The notes: generated by a model from the sequence alone, not told the origin. A stretch of 64,000 bases of DNA from Limnohabitans sp. Rim8 (GCF_945897465.1 NZ_CAMDFK010000005.1); one strand, 5' to 3'; counted from the stretch's first letter, positions 9,165-19,494 are shown. Numbers and translations are program-made.

Positions 9165-9390
9165 GGCGGCGACTGTAATGGAGCCTTATGCCAAAACCAA
9201 CGATTTTTTAGTTTTGTATATATTTTTTTAATTTATAAGGACTGGACAGCATGTAGTAACTGAGTCGGTAGTGCCAGAGCCCCCTGAACTTGATGTGTTA
9301 GTCTACAAGAGCGCCCCAAACTATCAACATCACCGCTCGAAGGACCTGTGCTGGAACGTACCTCGATCAAACCCGCAGACAAGTCCAACC

Positions 9391-9428
9391 CAAAGAAACA
9401 GCCCGCAGTGCCGAAGCGCCGCGGGCTG
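9391..9428 (-). terminator. candidate intrinsic terminator downstream of amtB
   Basis: The minus strand reads CAGCCCGC-(14 nt loop)-GCGGGCTG followed by TTTCTTTG. It lies 54 nt after the amtB stop. The loop is rather large. Confidence 0.4.
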
Positions 9429-9481
9429 GTGAGGGGGTGGCATTCGCCACCGCTTGCAATGAAATTTGCAGAGTCCGGCTT

Positions 9482-10897
9482 TTAGCCGTGGTAGGCCGAC
9501 TCGCCGTGTGAAGAGATGTCCAGACCTTCGCGCTCTTCTTCTTCCGTGACACGCAGACCGACCAACATGTCAACGATCTTGAAAGCCACGTAAGCAACAA
9601 TCGCAGACCAAACCATGGTGATGACCACGCCCTCGGCCTGGACAAACAACTGGCTGGCAATCGAGTAATCGCCGCCCTTGATGCCACCCAAGGAAGCAGC
9701 CGAGAACACGCCGGTCAGCAAGGCTCCCACGATACCGCCCACACCGTGCACACCAAACACGTCCAGCGAATCGTCTGCGCCCAGCATCTTCTTCAGACCC
9801 GTCACGCCCCACAGGCACAAGAAGCCGGAGACGAGGCCAATGACGATGGCACCCATGACACCCACCGTACCGCAAGCGGGGGTGATGGCCACCAAGCCAG
9901 CCACGGCACCCGAAGCTGCCCCCAGCATGGAGGCTTTGCCTTTGGTCAAGGTTTCGCCGACAGACCAGGCCAGCACCGCAGCCGCAGTGGCCATCAAGGT
10001 GTTGATGAAGGCCAGAGTGGTGCCGCCGTTGGCTTCCAGGTTGGAGCCTGCGTTGAAACCGAACCAACCCACCCACAGCAAAGATGCACCGACCATGGTC
10101 AAAGTCAAGCTGTGCGGGGCCATCGATTCACGGCCGTAGCCCAAACGCTTGCCAATCACATAAGCACCCACCAAGCCAGCCATGGCCGCGTTGATGTGCA
10201 CCACCGTGCCGCCAGCGAAGTCCAAAGCACCCTTGTCGAACAGGTAACCACCGGCACCCCAAACCATGTGTGCGATGGGCAGGTAGCTGAAAGTGAACCA
10301 GATGGTGCAGAACAACAGCACGGCCGCGAACTTGATGCGCTCAGCAAAAGAGCCAACAATCAGAGCGCAGGTGATGCCCGCAAAGGTGCACTGGAAAGCG
10401 ATGAAAATGAACTCGGGAATCATCACACCAGGTGTGAAGGTCGCAGCCAATGAGTCGGGTGTCACGCCTTTGAGGAACAACTTGTCAAAGTTGCCGTAAA
10501 TCAGGCCCTCGCCGCCAAACGCCAAGCTGTAGCCATAAACGGCCCACAACACCGAGATCAGCGAAAACACCACCATGACCTGCATCAGCACCGACAGCAT
10601 GTTCTTGCTGCGGACCAAGCCGCCGTAGAACAGCGCCAGGCCAGGGATGACCATCATGATGACCAACACGGTGGAGATCATCATCCAGGTGACATCGCCC
10701 TTGTCGACGGTTTCCTTGACAGCCGCTGGAGCCGCCTCGGCTGCTGGCGCTGCAGCCGCTGGTGTGGCGTCGGCTGCAGGAGCAGGCGCCGTGACAGCGG
10801 CAGGGGTATCGGTGGCAGCTGGGGTCTGGGGCAGCGCCAGCGTGCCCGAAGCCAACAAACTCAGGCCCAAGGCCAGTGAGACAAACAGTTTTTTCAT
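9482..10897 (-). CDS. amtB: ammonium transporter
   Basis: Typical Amt motifs FAFGG, DFAGGTVVHINAG-like and GVHGVGGIVGALLTG. The start MKKLFVSLALGL (signal peptide) is at 10897, followed by an Ala/Pro/Thr-rich linker. Confidence 0.9.
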   Translation of the reverse strand: MKKLFVSLALGLSLLASGTLALPQTPAATDTPAAVTAPAPAADATPAAAAPAAEAAPAAVKETVDKGDVTWMMISTVLVIMMVIPGLALFYGGLVRSKNMLSVLMQVMVVFSLISVLWAVYGYSLAFGGEGLIYGNFDKLFLKGVTPDSLAATFTPGVMIPEFIFIAFQCTFAGITCALIVGSFAERIKFAAVLLFCTIWFTFSYLPIAHMVWGAGGYLFDKGALDFAGGTVVHINAAMAGLVGAYVIGKRLGYGRESMAPHSLTLTMVGASLLWVGWFGFNAGSNLEANGGTTLAFINTLMATAAAVLAWSVGETLTKGKASMLGAASGAVAGLVAITPACGTVGVMGAIVIGLVSGFLCLWGVTGLKKMLGADDSLDVFGVHGVGGIVGALLTGVFSAASLGGIKGGDYSIASQLFVQAEGVVITMVWSAIVAYVAFKIVDMLVGLRVTEEEEREGLDISSHGESAYHG

Positions 10898-10919
10898 TTT
10901 TGACTCTCTTTCTGATCCA

Positions 10920-11285
<366 letters not shown>

Positions 11286-11395
11286 TTAAATCACATGGCC
11301 TTGGACAACGACAGCACCATGCGGTTGTCATTGGAAAATGTGTAGGCCGCCTTTTTGGTTGCGCCCACAAAAGCGCTACCCAGGTCTTAGTCACT

Positions 11396-11412
11396 AAGCA
11401 GAGACCATGCCA
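11396..11412 (-). promoter_or_regulatory. candidate sigma-54 (-24/-12) promoter of glnK-amtB
   Basis: The minus strand reads TGGCATGGTCTCTGCTT, which fits TGGCAY-N5-YTGCW. It lies about 140 nt upstream of the glnK ATG. Confidence 0.5.
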
Positions 11413-11537
11413 AGCCATGGCTGAGGACTGAAATCAGAGCGTTAATGGGCCGCTTGCACTCTGAAGCCGAACCCATGCAATTGCAAACCAACGGGCACAG
11501 GGCCCGCTTTGGGCTTGGTTGTTCGGTGCGCTCAAAA

Positions 11538-11554
11538 CGCACCAAGTCGGTGCA
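11538..11554. promoter_or_regulatory. candidate NtrC enhancer site
   Basis: CGCACCAAGTCGGTGCA compares well with the NtrC consensus TGCACC-N5-GGTGCA. It lies about 135 bp upstream of the sigma-54 element. The overlapping palindrome GGTGCG-N7-CGCACC is at 11525-11543. Confidence 0.45.
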
Positions 11555-11716
11555 ACTTGACGATATTGGGCTCAGTTTGGTGCGCCAACCCATCAGGTCG
11601 GGCTTGGCCGTATGGACATTCACCTTCGCGGTGCACGCAGGTCCTTGGCGGCAGTTGCCCACAAAACCATAGCCCTCCTCTACACTGATGCCCATAAAAA
11701 TGAGGGAGGACGAGAC

Positions 11717-13249
11717 ATGGCCCTGGCCACCATTCACAGCCGCGCCCTGGTGGGCCTGGTCGCACCGGCCGTCATGGTCGAGGTGCATCTGGCCAACGGC
11801 CTGCCCAGCTTCACGCTGGTGGGGCTGGCCGATGTCGAGGTCAAGGAAGCCCGAGAAAGGGTGCGCTCGGCCCTGCAAAACAGCGGGCTGGACTTCCCGC
11901 ACAACCAGCGCATCACCGTGAACTTAGCGCCCGCCGATTTGCCCAAGGATTCCGGACGCCTCGACTTGCCGATTGCGCTGGGCATCCTGGCTGCCAGCGG
12001 CCAGATCGATGCCAGCAAACTGGCGGGCTATGAATTTGCAGGGGAGTTGTCGCTGTCGGGCGAATTGCGACCAGTGCGCGGCGCCTTGGCCATGAGCCTG
12101 GTGCTGCGACAGCAACGTGTGCGCACCCGGCTGGTGCTGCCACCGGGCAGCGCCGAAGAAGCGGCTTTGGTGCCCGATGCCGAAGTCTTCCGCGCCCAGC
12201 ACCTGCTGGATGTGGTGCAACAGTTTTTGCCGCCCTCCAGCGAATCAACACCCGAGCCCACAGAAGGCTGGACCCGCATGGCCGCCACCACGCCCAGCGC
12301 ACCACCGCGCTACGCGGATCTGGCCGACGTGAAAGGCCAAGCGGGCATCAAGCGAGTGCTCGAGATTGCCGCCGCCGGGGGCCACTCCTTGCTCATGGTT
12401 GGCCCGCCCGGTTCGGGCAAGTCGATGCTGGCGCAACGTTTTGCGGGCTTGCTGCCGCCCATGTCGATTGAGGACGCGCTGGAATCAGCGGCCATCGCCA
12501 GCTTAGCCGGGCGCTTTGAGCTGAGCCGATGGGCACAGCGCCCCACAGGCCAGCCGCACCACTCGGCCAGTGCGGTGGCTTTGGTGGGCGGCGGCTCGCC
12601 ACCCCGGCCAGGCGAAATTTCGCTGGCGCACCATGGCGTACTCTTTCTGGATGAGCTGCCCGAGTTCCCCCGGGCCGCCTTGGAGGCGCTGCGCGAGCCG
12701 CTGGAGACGGGCAGCATCACCATCGCCCGGGCCGCACGGCGGGCCGAATTTCCGGCGCGCTTTCAGTTGATCGCGGCCATGAACCCCTGCCCCTGCGGCT
12801 ATTTGGGGAGCAGCACGCGGGCCTGCCGTTGCTCGCCCGAGCAGGTCAGCCGCTACCAAGGCAAGTTGAGTGGCCCCTTGCTCGACCGCATCGACCTGCA
12901 CATCGAAGTGCCCAGCCTGGGCGCACAAGACCTGTTGAACGCCCCACCCGGCGAAAGCACCGAAGCCATCGCCGCCCGCAGCGGGGCCGCCCGCGAACGC
13001 GCCCTGGCCCGCCAAGGTTGCGCCAACGCCGCCCTGCAAGGCCAGGCCATCGACACCCATTCACGTTTGGACGACAGCGCCACCGCTTTGCTGCAAAAAG
13101 CCGCCGCCAAACTCGGCTGGAGCGGGCGCAGTGTGCACCGCAGCCTCAAAGTCGCACGCACCATCGCCGACTTGGCGCACAGCGACACCATCGCCTCGGT
13201 GCATGTGGCCGAGGCCCTGCAGTACCGACGGGTGCTGCAGGGGCAGTGA
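11717..13249 (+). CDS. comM: YifB/ComM family Mg-chelatase-like ATPase
   Basis: The start MALATIHSRALVGL is preceded by the GAGGGAGGA RBS. Walker A GPPGSGKSMLA and Walker B VLFLDELPEF are present, as is the C-terminal RS..KVARTIADL. Confidence 0.9.
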   Translation: MALATIHSRALVGLVAPAVMVEVHLANGLPSFTLVGLADVEVKEARERVRSALQNSGLDFPHNQRITVNLAPADLPKDSGRLDLPIALGILAASGQIDASKLAGYEFAGELSLSGELRPVRGALAMSLVLRQQRVRTRLVLPPGSAEEAALVPDAEVFRAQHLLDVVQQFLPPSSESTPEPTEGWTRMAATTPSAPPRYADLADVKGQAGIKRVLEIAAAGGHSLLMVGPPGSGKSMLAQRFAGLLPPMSIEDALESAAIASLAGRFELSRWAQRPTGQPHHSASAVALVGGGSPPRPGEISLAHHGVLFLDELPEFPRAALEALREPLETGSITIARAARRAEFPARFQLIAAMNPCPCGYLGSSTRACRCSPEQVSRYQGKLSGPLLDRIDLHIEVPSLGAQDLLNAPPGESTEAIAARSGAARERALARQGCANAALQGQAIDTHSRLDDSATALLQKAAAKLGWSGRSVHRSLKVARTIADLAHSDTIASVHVAEALQYRRVLQGQ

Positions 13250-13271
13250 AAGGGGCACGGATAATGCCGAC

Positions 13272-14534
13272 ATGTCCAACACCAGCACACACGCTATGAG
13301 AGCCACACAACTGGGGCCCTTCAGCGTCTGGCTTTCCCTGCCCCAGCTGATCACCTGGGGCAGCGTTTTCTACACCTTCTCTTTGCTCATGATGCCCCTG
13401 GAGGCCGAGCTGGGCATGGGTCGGGCCGAGTCTTCGCTGGCTTTCAGCCTGGCGCTGCTGGCCGAAGGGGTGATGGCTTACTGGGTGGGTCGCTGGATCG
13501 ATGCGGGACACGAGCGGCGGGTGATGACACTGGGCTCGGTGTGGGTGGGCCTGGGGCTGCTGGGGCACAGCTTTGTGACATCGGTGGCGGGCTTTTACGC
13601 CGCCTGGATCTGGCTGGGCCTGGGCATGGCGGCCACGCTCTACAACCCGGCGTTTGCCGTGGTCACACGCCGTTTTGCCCAAGACTTTCGACGCGCCATC
13701 ATCACGCTCACGTTTTTGGGTGGCTTGGCCAGCACGGTGTTCATTCCGCTGTTTGCCTGGTGGATGGACTTGTGGGGCTGGCGGCAAGCCCTGTGGGCCT
13801 TGGCTGCGCTGCAACTGCTGGTGTGTGCGCCCTTGCACGGCTGGCTGCTGCACGGGGCGCCGCGCCCAGAGGCCCGCCACACTGACCAGACACCGCCCAA
13901 GCACGGCGACCTTGCCGACACGTCGCCCCCTTCGGTGCCCGTGAATGTGCCTGTGCGCGAGCACCTGCGCCACGCGCCGTTTTGGCTGCTGGCCGTGTTC
14001 ATGGTCCTGTCCTTGTCGGTGACTTCTGCCCTGCCCGCGCACATGATCGCCTTGCTGCAGGAATCGGGGCTGTCCCCCGCTTGGGTGCTGGCTGTTCCAG
14101 CGGCCATTGGCGTGATTCAGGTGCTGGGACGGCTGGTCCTGTTCGTGTTCGAGCGCTATTGGGATGTGCACGCTGCCAACCGCTGGATTCCAACCCTGAT
14201 TCCGGCCGGGATCGTGGCCTTGCTGATGGGTGGGCTCAGCCCTGTGGCCTCGCTGCTCTTTGTGCTGCTTTACGGCTTGGGCAACGGCATGAGCACCATT
14301 GTCAAAGGCACGGCCATGGCGCAGTACGTGAGTCAAGCACACGTGGGTCAACTCAACGGCTTGCTGGGTGTCCCGATTGCGCTGGCCCGGGCAGCGGCAC
14401 CGCTCATCCTGGGTTTGCTGTGGTCGCCGCAACACGGCTACACCCTGGCGCTGTGGTGGCTGCTGGCGGCCAGTTTGCTGGGTACTGGGGCGCTGTGGGC
14501 TGCTCAGCGTTATGCCCTCAAGCTCGGGCACTGA
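13272..14534 (+). CDS. MFS transporter
   Basis: About 12 predicted hydrophobic segments in 420 aa. The start MSNTSTHAM is at 13272; the track ORF start at 13131 overlaps comM. Confidence 0.75.
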   Translation: MSNTSTHAMRATQLGPFSVWLSLPQLITWGSVFYTFSLLMMPLEAELGMGRAESSLAFSLALLAEGVMAYWVGRWIDAGHERRVMTLGSVWVGLGLLGHSFVTSVAGFYAAWIWLGLGMAATLYNPAFAVVTRRFAQDFRRAIITLTFLGGLASTVFIPLFAWWMDLWGWRQALWALAALQLLVCAPLHGWLLHGAPRPEARHTDQTPPKHGDLADTSPPSVPVNVPVREHLRHAPFWLLAVFMVLSLSVTSALPAHMIALLQESGLSPAWVLAVPAAIGVIQVLGRLVLFVFERYWDVHAANRWIPTLIPAGIVALLMGGLSPVASLLFVLLYGLGNGMSTIVKGTAMAQYVSQAHVGQLNGLLGVPIALARAAAPLILGLLWSPQHGYTLALWWLLAASLLGTGALWAAQRYALKLGH

Positions 14535-14671
14535 GCCAGGCAAACAGTCGGATTCCACGTTTCTTTATGCCCGATATGACATATACAACCAACTAAAAAA
14601 TCGTTCCCATGTCTGAAGGGCTTGGCCACAATCGCGCCATCCTCTGTTCATCACCTTCAGGAACGACCCTC

Positions 14672-15622
14672 ATGAAACACATCTCTGCCCTGGTTCTGGC
14701 CTTATCGGCCACCGCCTTCTCCGTGCCCGCTTTCGCCGCCCAGCCCTTGCTCAGCCCTGCCGAGCTGCAGGCCAAACTGTCCGACACCAACGTGCGGGTG
14801 ATCGACATCCGAGACCCCAAGTCCTATGCGGCCAACCACATCCCTGGCGCGGTGAGTGCGCCTTATGGCACCTGGCGCGGCCCGGCCAGCAACCCCGGCG
14901 AATTGCCTGCTCTGCCCAAATTGACCACCCTGGTGCAAAGCCTGGGCCTGACCCCCAGCACCCACGCGGTGATTGTGTCCAGCGGCGCAGACGCCACCGA
15001 CTTTGGGGCCTCGGCGCGCGTGTACTGGACGCTCAAGGTGCTGGGCCTCAAAGAGCTGTCGGTACTCAATGGCGGCTTGAAGGGCTGGACCACCGCCGGT
15101 TTGCCGCAAAACAACCAAGCCGTGAAAGTCGCGGCCAGCAGCTTCCAGCCGCAAATCGATCAAACTCTGGTCGCCACCAAGGAAGAGCTGGTGGCCCGCG
15201 TGAAAGCCGGTGACGCCGCCTTGATCGATGCAAGACCTGCCGACTTCTTCAAGGGCGACACCCGCCATGTGGCCGCGAGCGTGCCCGGCACCTTAGAAGG
15301 GGCGGTGAACGTGGAACACAGCAAATGGTTTGCCCCCGGCAGCGCCACCTTTGTGAGCCCCGAACAGGCCCAAAAAGTGGCGGCAGCCAGCTCGATCGAC
15401 CCGGCCAAAGAGACCGTTTCCTTTTGCAACACTGGCCACTGGGCAGCAACCAACTGGTTTGCCATGTCCGAAGTGCTGGGCCAGAAAAATGTGAAGCTCT
15501 ATGCGGGCTCGATGGTGGAGTGGTCCAAAGACGCCAGCGGCCTGCCCATGGCCAACGTGCCCAGCCGCCCCAAGCAACTCTTGATTGACGCCAAACTCTG
15601 GGCAGAAAAAACCTTCAAATAA
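14672..15622 (+). CDS. periplasmic tandem-rhodanese sulfurtransferase (thiosulfate sulfurtransferase-like)
   Basis: Signal peptide MKHISALVLALSATAFSVPAFA|AQ. Two rhodanese domains. The active-site loop FCNTGHWAA is in the second domain. Confidence 0.8.
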   Translation: MKHISALVLALSATAFSVPAFAAQPLLSPAELQAKLSDTNVRVIDIRDPKSYAANHIPGAVSAPYGTWRGPASNPGELPALPKLTTLVQSLGLTPSTHAVIVSSGADATDFGASARVYWTLKVLGLKELSVLNGGLKGWTTAGLPQNNQAVKVAASSFQPQIDQTLVATKEELVARVKAGDAALIDARPADFFKGDTRHVAASVPGTLEGAVNVEHSKWFAPGSATFVSPEQAQKVAAASSIDPAKETVSFCNTGHWAATNWFAMSEVLGQKNVKLYAGSMVEWSKDASGLPMANVPSRPKQLLIDAKLWAEKTFK

Positions 15623-16705
15623 ATGCAGGTCATGAAACGCCTTCCTTTGGCGGCCTTGCTGGCCGCCTTTTTCATCTTTTTAGCCCTGTCCGTGTCCATC
15701 CGCCAAGCCGTGCTGATGCTGGTGGGCGTGGGCATGGGTGCGGCTTTGGCCGCAGCCCGCTTTGGTTTCACCACCGGCTGGCGTCAACTCATTGAGCAGC
15801 GCAACCCGCAAGGCGTGAGCGGCCAGGTGCTGCTGCTGGCCTTGGCCAGCTTGGCGGCGCTGCCGCTCTTGGGCCAGTTTCCTGAACTGCACGCCGCCCT
15901 GGGGCCACCGAGTGTGAGCTTGCTGGTGGGCGCTTTTGTGTTCGGGCTGACCATGCAGATTGCCGACGGCTGCGGCTCGGGCAGTTTGTACAAGGCGGGG
16001 CTGGGCGTGCCGCTCAACATGGGCATTTTGCCGCTGTTCGCCTTGGGCAGTTTTTTGGGTTCGGTGCACCTGGACCGCTGGTTGTCACTGGGCCAAACGG
16101 ACCCGGTCAGCTTCTCCGCCAGCCTGGGCACGGGCGGCGCTTTGGCCTTGACGCTGGCCCTGCTGGCCGCTGTGCTGGTGGCCGTGCGCCTGTGGGTGGG
16201 CGCGGGCCAAAGCTGGTTCGACAAACGCTGGGTCTGGGGCGCGGTGGCCCTCGCCGTTTTGGCCACTTTGAACTTGTTGTTGGCCGGGCAGCCTTGGGGC
16301 GTGGTCTATGGCTTTGGCCTGTGGGCCGCCAAGATCTCGGTGGCGCTGGGTGCGTTTGACCCCACGGCCAATGCCTTTTGGGGCCAGGCAGGCAACGCGC
16401 AGCGCCTGACACAAACCGTGTTGATGGACGTGACCACCATCACCAACATCGGCATTCTGGGCGGGGCGCTGTGGGTTTCGGCCAAATCCCCGGCTGGCAG
16501 CAAGCCCCTGACCACGCAGCAATGGGTGATTGGCCTGGTGGCCGGCTTCGTCATGGGCTACAGCTCGCGCCTGGCCTTTGGCTGCAACATCGGCGCCATG
16601 CTCAGCGGCATTTCCACCGGCAGCTTGCACGGTTGGCTGTGGGTGCCTTTGGCCTTTGCGGGCACCTTGATTGGCGTGCGCGTGCGCCGCCACTACCAGT
16701 TCTGA
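15623..16705 (+). CDS. YeeE/YedE family sulfur-compound (thiosulfate) transporter
   Basis: The two conserved Cys-loop motifs DGCGSGSLYKAG and AFGCNIGAMLSG are present. It is polytopic, and its ATG immediately follows the rhodanese stop. Confidence 0.8.
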   Translation: MQVMKRLPLAALLAAFFIFLALSVSIRQAVLMLVGVGMGAALAAARFGFTTGWRQLIEQRNPQGVSGQVLLLALASLAALPLLGQFPELHAALGPPSVSLLVGAFVFGLTMQIADGCGSGSLYKAGLGVPLNMGILPLFALGSFLGSVHLDRWLSLGQTDPVSFSASLGTGGALALTLALLAAVLVAVRLWVGAGQSWFDKRWVWGAVALAVLATLNLLLAGQPWGVVYGFGLWAAKISVALGAFDPTANAFWGQAGNAQRLTQTVLMDVTTITNIGILGGALWVSAKSPAGSKPLTTQQWVIGLVAGFVMGYSSRLAFGCNIGAMLSGISTGSLHGWLWVPLAFAGTLIGVRVRRHYQF

Positions 16706-16715
16706 AGGGGGCCGC

Positions 16716-16883
16716 ATGAGCAAAACACAAAAATTACAAGCGGTTTTCTGGTTGGCCCTAAGCGCTTTTTTGGCCTGGGACTTTCAAACATCCGACCCAG
16801 TGGACCTGCGCAACGAACCCCCCTTGATCGCCGCCGGCTCGGGCCTGGCGAGCAGCGGGGGGCATTGCTCGATGGCGAAGTGA
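16716..16883 (+). CDS. hypothetical small membrane protein (55 aa)
   Basis: GAAGGGGG RBS lies 4 nt before the ATG, which is 10 nt after the yeeE stop. One hydrophobic helix, AVFWLALSAFLAW. I recognise no family. Confidence 0.25.
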   Translation: MSKTQKLQAVFWLALSAFLAWDFQTSDPVDLRNEPPLIAAGSGLASSGGHCSMAK

Positions 16884-16917
16884 ATCCAATGCGCCTGAAC
16901 GCCAGCGACTCAACACC

Positions 16918-17751
16918 TCAGCGCGTCAACCAGCGACGCGCCGTAAAACTCAGCGCGTCCACACAAGCCACCATGAGCAGCATGGCCGCCAAAATGGTGG
17001 CGGTCTTGTTCATGTGGAACAGGCCCATGTGGAAGGACAGCAATTGGCCCAAGCCCCCCGCGCCCACCACGCCCAGCACCGCGGCGGCGCGGATGTTGTT
17101 TTCCCAGCGGTACAACGTGTAGCTCATGAGCTGCGGCAAGACCTGCGGCAAGGTGGCATAAAAGAACACGCGCAGCGGCCCCACACCTTGGGTCCGCAAA
17201 GCGTCGCCCGGCCCGGTGGGGATGTTCTCCATGGCCTCGGCGAACAAACGGCCCAACACGCCCGTGGTGTGCAGGGCCAAGGCCAGCGTGCCCGCCATGG
17301 GCCCCAGGCCCGCCGAAATCAAGAGCAAAGCGGCCCACACCAATTCAGGAATGGCGCGCAAGGCATTGAGCAGCCAGCGCGTGGGGCTGCGCAGCCAGGC
17401 CGGGTCTTGGGCGGACATGCGGCTGGCGGACACGGCCAACGCCAAGCCCAGCACCGCCGCGATGACAGTACCCAGCGCCGACATGGCCAGCGTCTCCCAA
17501 GCGGCCCAGGCCACCTTGTTCACAAACACAGGCGACAAATCCGGCGGGAAAAACTCGGCCACAAAGCGGCCCATGCTGCGCGCGGCGTCCATGGACGCAA
17601 AAGACACCCAGTCCAAGTCGAGCGAGACAAAACTGGCCACCACCAAGACCAGCAAAGCCAAAGTGAACCAACACGCTTTGCAGCGGGCATCAAAGATCGG
17701 CGGCGGCAATTTGTAGGGCGGGTTGGCCGCTTCACGCGAAAAAGACTTCAT
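16918..17751 (-). CDS. phnE: PhnE-family ABC transporter permease (second of two)
   Basis: PhnE-type permease motifs ALRAIPELVWAALL and GVVGAGGLGQLL. The ATG at 17751 overlaps the stop of the upstream permease (ATGA). Confidence 0.8.
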   Translation of the reverse strand: MKSFSREAANPPYKLPPPIFDARCKACWFTLALLVLVVASFVSLDLDWVSFASMDAARSMGRFVAEFFPPDLSPVFVNKVAWAAWETLAMSALGTVIAAVLGLALAVSASRMSAQDPAWLRSPTRWLLNALRAIPELVWAALLLISAGLGPMAGTLALALHTTGVLGRLFAEAMENIPTGPGDALRTQGVGPLRVFFYATLPQVLPQLMSYTLYRWENNIRAAAVLGVVGAGGLGQLLSFHMGLFHMNKTATILAAMLLMVACVDALSFTARRWLTR

Positions 17752-18608
17752 GCCAGCGCCTTTCGCAACCAAGCGCTCACCCGGTCGGCCAGCGCCACCA
17801 GCGTGATGAACACCAGCAGCATGGTGGCCACCTCGCCGCCGTTGAACATCTTCATCGAGTTGTCCAGTTGCTGGCCCAAGCCCCCCGCGCCGACAAAGCC
17901 CAGCACGACCGACGAGCGGATCGCGCATTCCCAGCGGTACACGGTGTAAGAGGCCAACTCTGCCGCGTGGCTGGGCAGCAAGGCGTACACAAAGGCTTGC
18001 AAGCGGCCGCTGCCGTTGCGCATCAGGGTTTGGGTGGCGTGGCTCTCACCACTTTCCAAAATTTCGGCGTAGACCTTGCCCAGCATGCCGCCGTAGGTCA
18101 GCGCAATGGCCAGCACGCCCGCCGTGGGTCCCAGACCCACCACGCGCACAAACACCAGCGCCCAAATCAGCTCCGGGATGCTGCGCAGCACAATCAGCGT
18201 AGCTCGCACCAGCCAGCGCAGCACCGCAGGCCAACGGTCCATGCGGCCCGACAAAGCCGACAGCGACAAGACCCGCGTGGCCATCAAGCTCAAGGGAATG
18301 GCCAGCACCAGCGCCAGCGTGACACCCGCGGTGGCCATGGCCACGGTGCGCCAGGTTTCACGCACCACCATGTCCATGAATTCGGCGCTGTAGATCAGCG
18401 GCCAAAAGGTGGACAAGAACTGCGCGGTCACTTGCCGGTTTTCAGGCTCCCACAACACCCACAAACGGAACTCGGTGGCCACACCCAATGGCCACAACAT
18501 CACCAAGGCCAAGCCCAACCAAAACACCCGCTTGAAAAAGGCCGGGTCGCGGGCCGGCGCATCCAGGCGAGGCCGGGGCGTTGGCATGTGTGAAACAGAA
18601 GCGGTCAT
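17748..18608 (-). CDS. phnE: PhnE-family ABC transporter permease (first of two)
   Basis: VLRSIPELIWALVF and GFVGAGGLGQQL are paralogous to the downstream permease. Confidence 0.8.
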   Translation of the reverse strand: MTASVSHMPTPRPRLDAPARDPAFFKRVFWLGLALVMLWPLGVATEFRLWVLWEPENRQVTAQFLSTFWPLIYSAEFMDMVVRETWRTVAMATAGVTLALVLAIPLSLMATRVLSLSALSGRMDRWPAVLRWLVRATLIVLRSIPELIWALVFVRVVGLGPTAGVLAIALTYGGMLGKVYAEILESGESHATQTLMRNGSGRLQAFVYALLPSHAAELASYTVYRWECAIRSSVVLGFVGAGGLGQQLDNSMKMFNGGEVATMLLVFITLVALADRVSAWLRKALA

Positions 18609-18636
18609 CTTGAGCGTGGCTCAGACAGCTAAAGCA

Positions 18637-19476
18637 TCAACGGCAGTGCATCACCACAGGCGCCGGCCCTACTGGCGCTGCGTCGTGCAATGCCACAGGC
18701 AACACCTCGCCACGCAACTCGTGTTCGAACTGGTCGTACAAATGCGCCAGGCGCTCAGGGCTGACCTGTTCAGAGGGCAAATCAAACACCAGCTGCCCAT
18801 CGCGCAGGCCAATGGTGCGCGGAAAGTGCGCCAGCGCCATGTCCACTTGGTGCAGCGTGGCCACGAGCGTGACCTGGCGCTCGGCGGCCAAGTTGACCAA
18901 GGCCGACATGGCCATGCGGGCCCGCATCGGGTCAAGCGCTGACAAGGGTTCGTCGATCAGCCAGAGGCTGGCCGGTGCCAGCAGGGCGCGGGCCAGGCCC
19001 ACACGTTGGCGCTCTCCGCCCGACAGGCGGTCCACTCGGTCGAACAATTTGTCGCCCAGGTCAAAGTGCACCAGCGCTTCGTAAGCGGCCGGGATGTCGG
19101 TGGGGTAGAACAGCGAGCGCAAGCTGGACCACAAACCCATGCTGGGCAAACGCCCGGCCAGCACCGAGGTCACCACACGTTGGCGCGGCGGCAGCGGCGG
19201 CACCTGCGGGGCCAGAAACAACTGCCCGCGTGTGCGGCGCAAGGCGCGTGCAGACAGTGTCCAAGGGTTCACGCCCGCCAATTGCAGCGTGCCTTGGGTG
19301 GGCGGCTGGGCACAGGCCAGTACCTGCAGCAAGGTCGTCTTGCCTGCGCCTGATGGGCCAATGATCGCTACCTGCTCGCCTGCGGTCAGGCGCAGGTTCA
19401 GCCCCCGCAAAGCTGCGGGCGCACTGGGCAAGGCTGCCGGATGCCTGGCCTCCAGGCCCAAAAGCTCGATGTTCAC
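18637..19476 (-). CDS. phnC: PhnC-family ABC transporter ATP-binding protein
   Basis: Walker A GPSGAGKTT, signature LSGGERQRV and Walker B LWLIDEPLSALD. GTG start at 19476. Confidence 0.85.
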   Translation of the reverse strand: MNIELLGLEARHPAALPSAPAALRGLNLRLTAGEQVAIIGPSGAGKTTLLQVLACAQPPTQGTLQLAGVNPWTLSARALRRTRGQLFLAPQVPPLPPRQRVVTSVLAGRLPSMGLWSSLRSLFYPTDIPAAYEALVHFDLGDKLFDRVDRLSGGERQRVGLARALLAPASLWLIDEPLSALDPMRARMAMSALVNLAAERQVTLVATLHQVDMALAHFPRTIGLRDGQLVFDLPSEQVSPERLAHLYDQFEHELRGEVLPVALHDAAPVGPAPVVMHCR

Positions 19477-19494
19477 CGCGCTGCCGCTCAGGCT

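Noticed and set aside
9190-9245. Very AT-rich patch (…TTTTTTAGTTTTGTATATATTTTTTTAATTTATAAGG…), considered as an IS end or integration scar
   Set aside because: It has no inverted or direct repeats and no mobility gene. It sits exactly where the promoter and activator-binding region of the tauE-cysI operon is expected, so it is most simply a promoter/UP-element region.
10740-10860. Ala/Pro/Thr-rich repetitive stretch near the 5' end of amtB, considered as a tandem DNA repeat or mobile insertion
   Set aside because: It is in frame. It encodes a low-complexity linker between the signal peptide and the first helix of AmtB (TPAATDTPAAVTAPAPAADATPAAAAPAAEAAPAA). There is no exact nucleotide repeat unit.
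13146-14558. 470-aa minus-strand ORF opposite the MFS transporter gene
   Set aside because: The translation is Gln/Arg/His/Pro/Gly-rich and low in complexity. The plus-strand frame gives a coherent 12-helix transporter. It is a shadow ORF.
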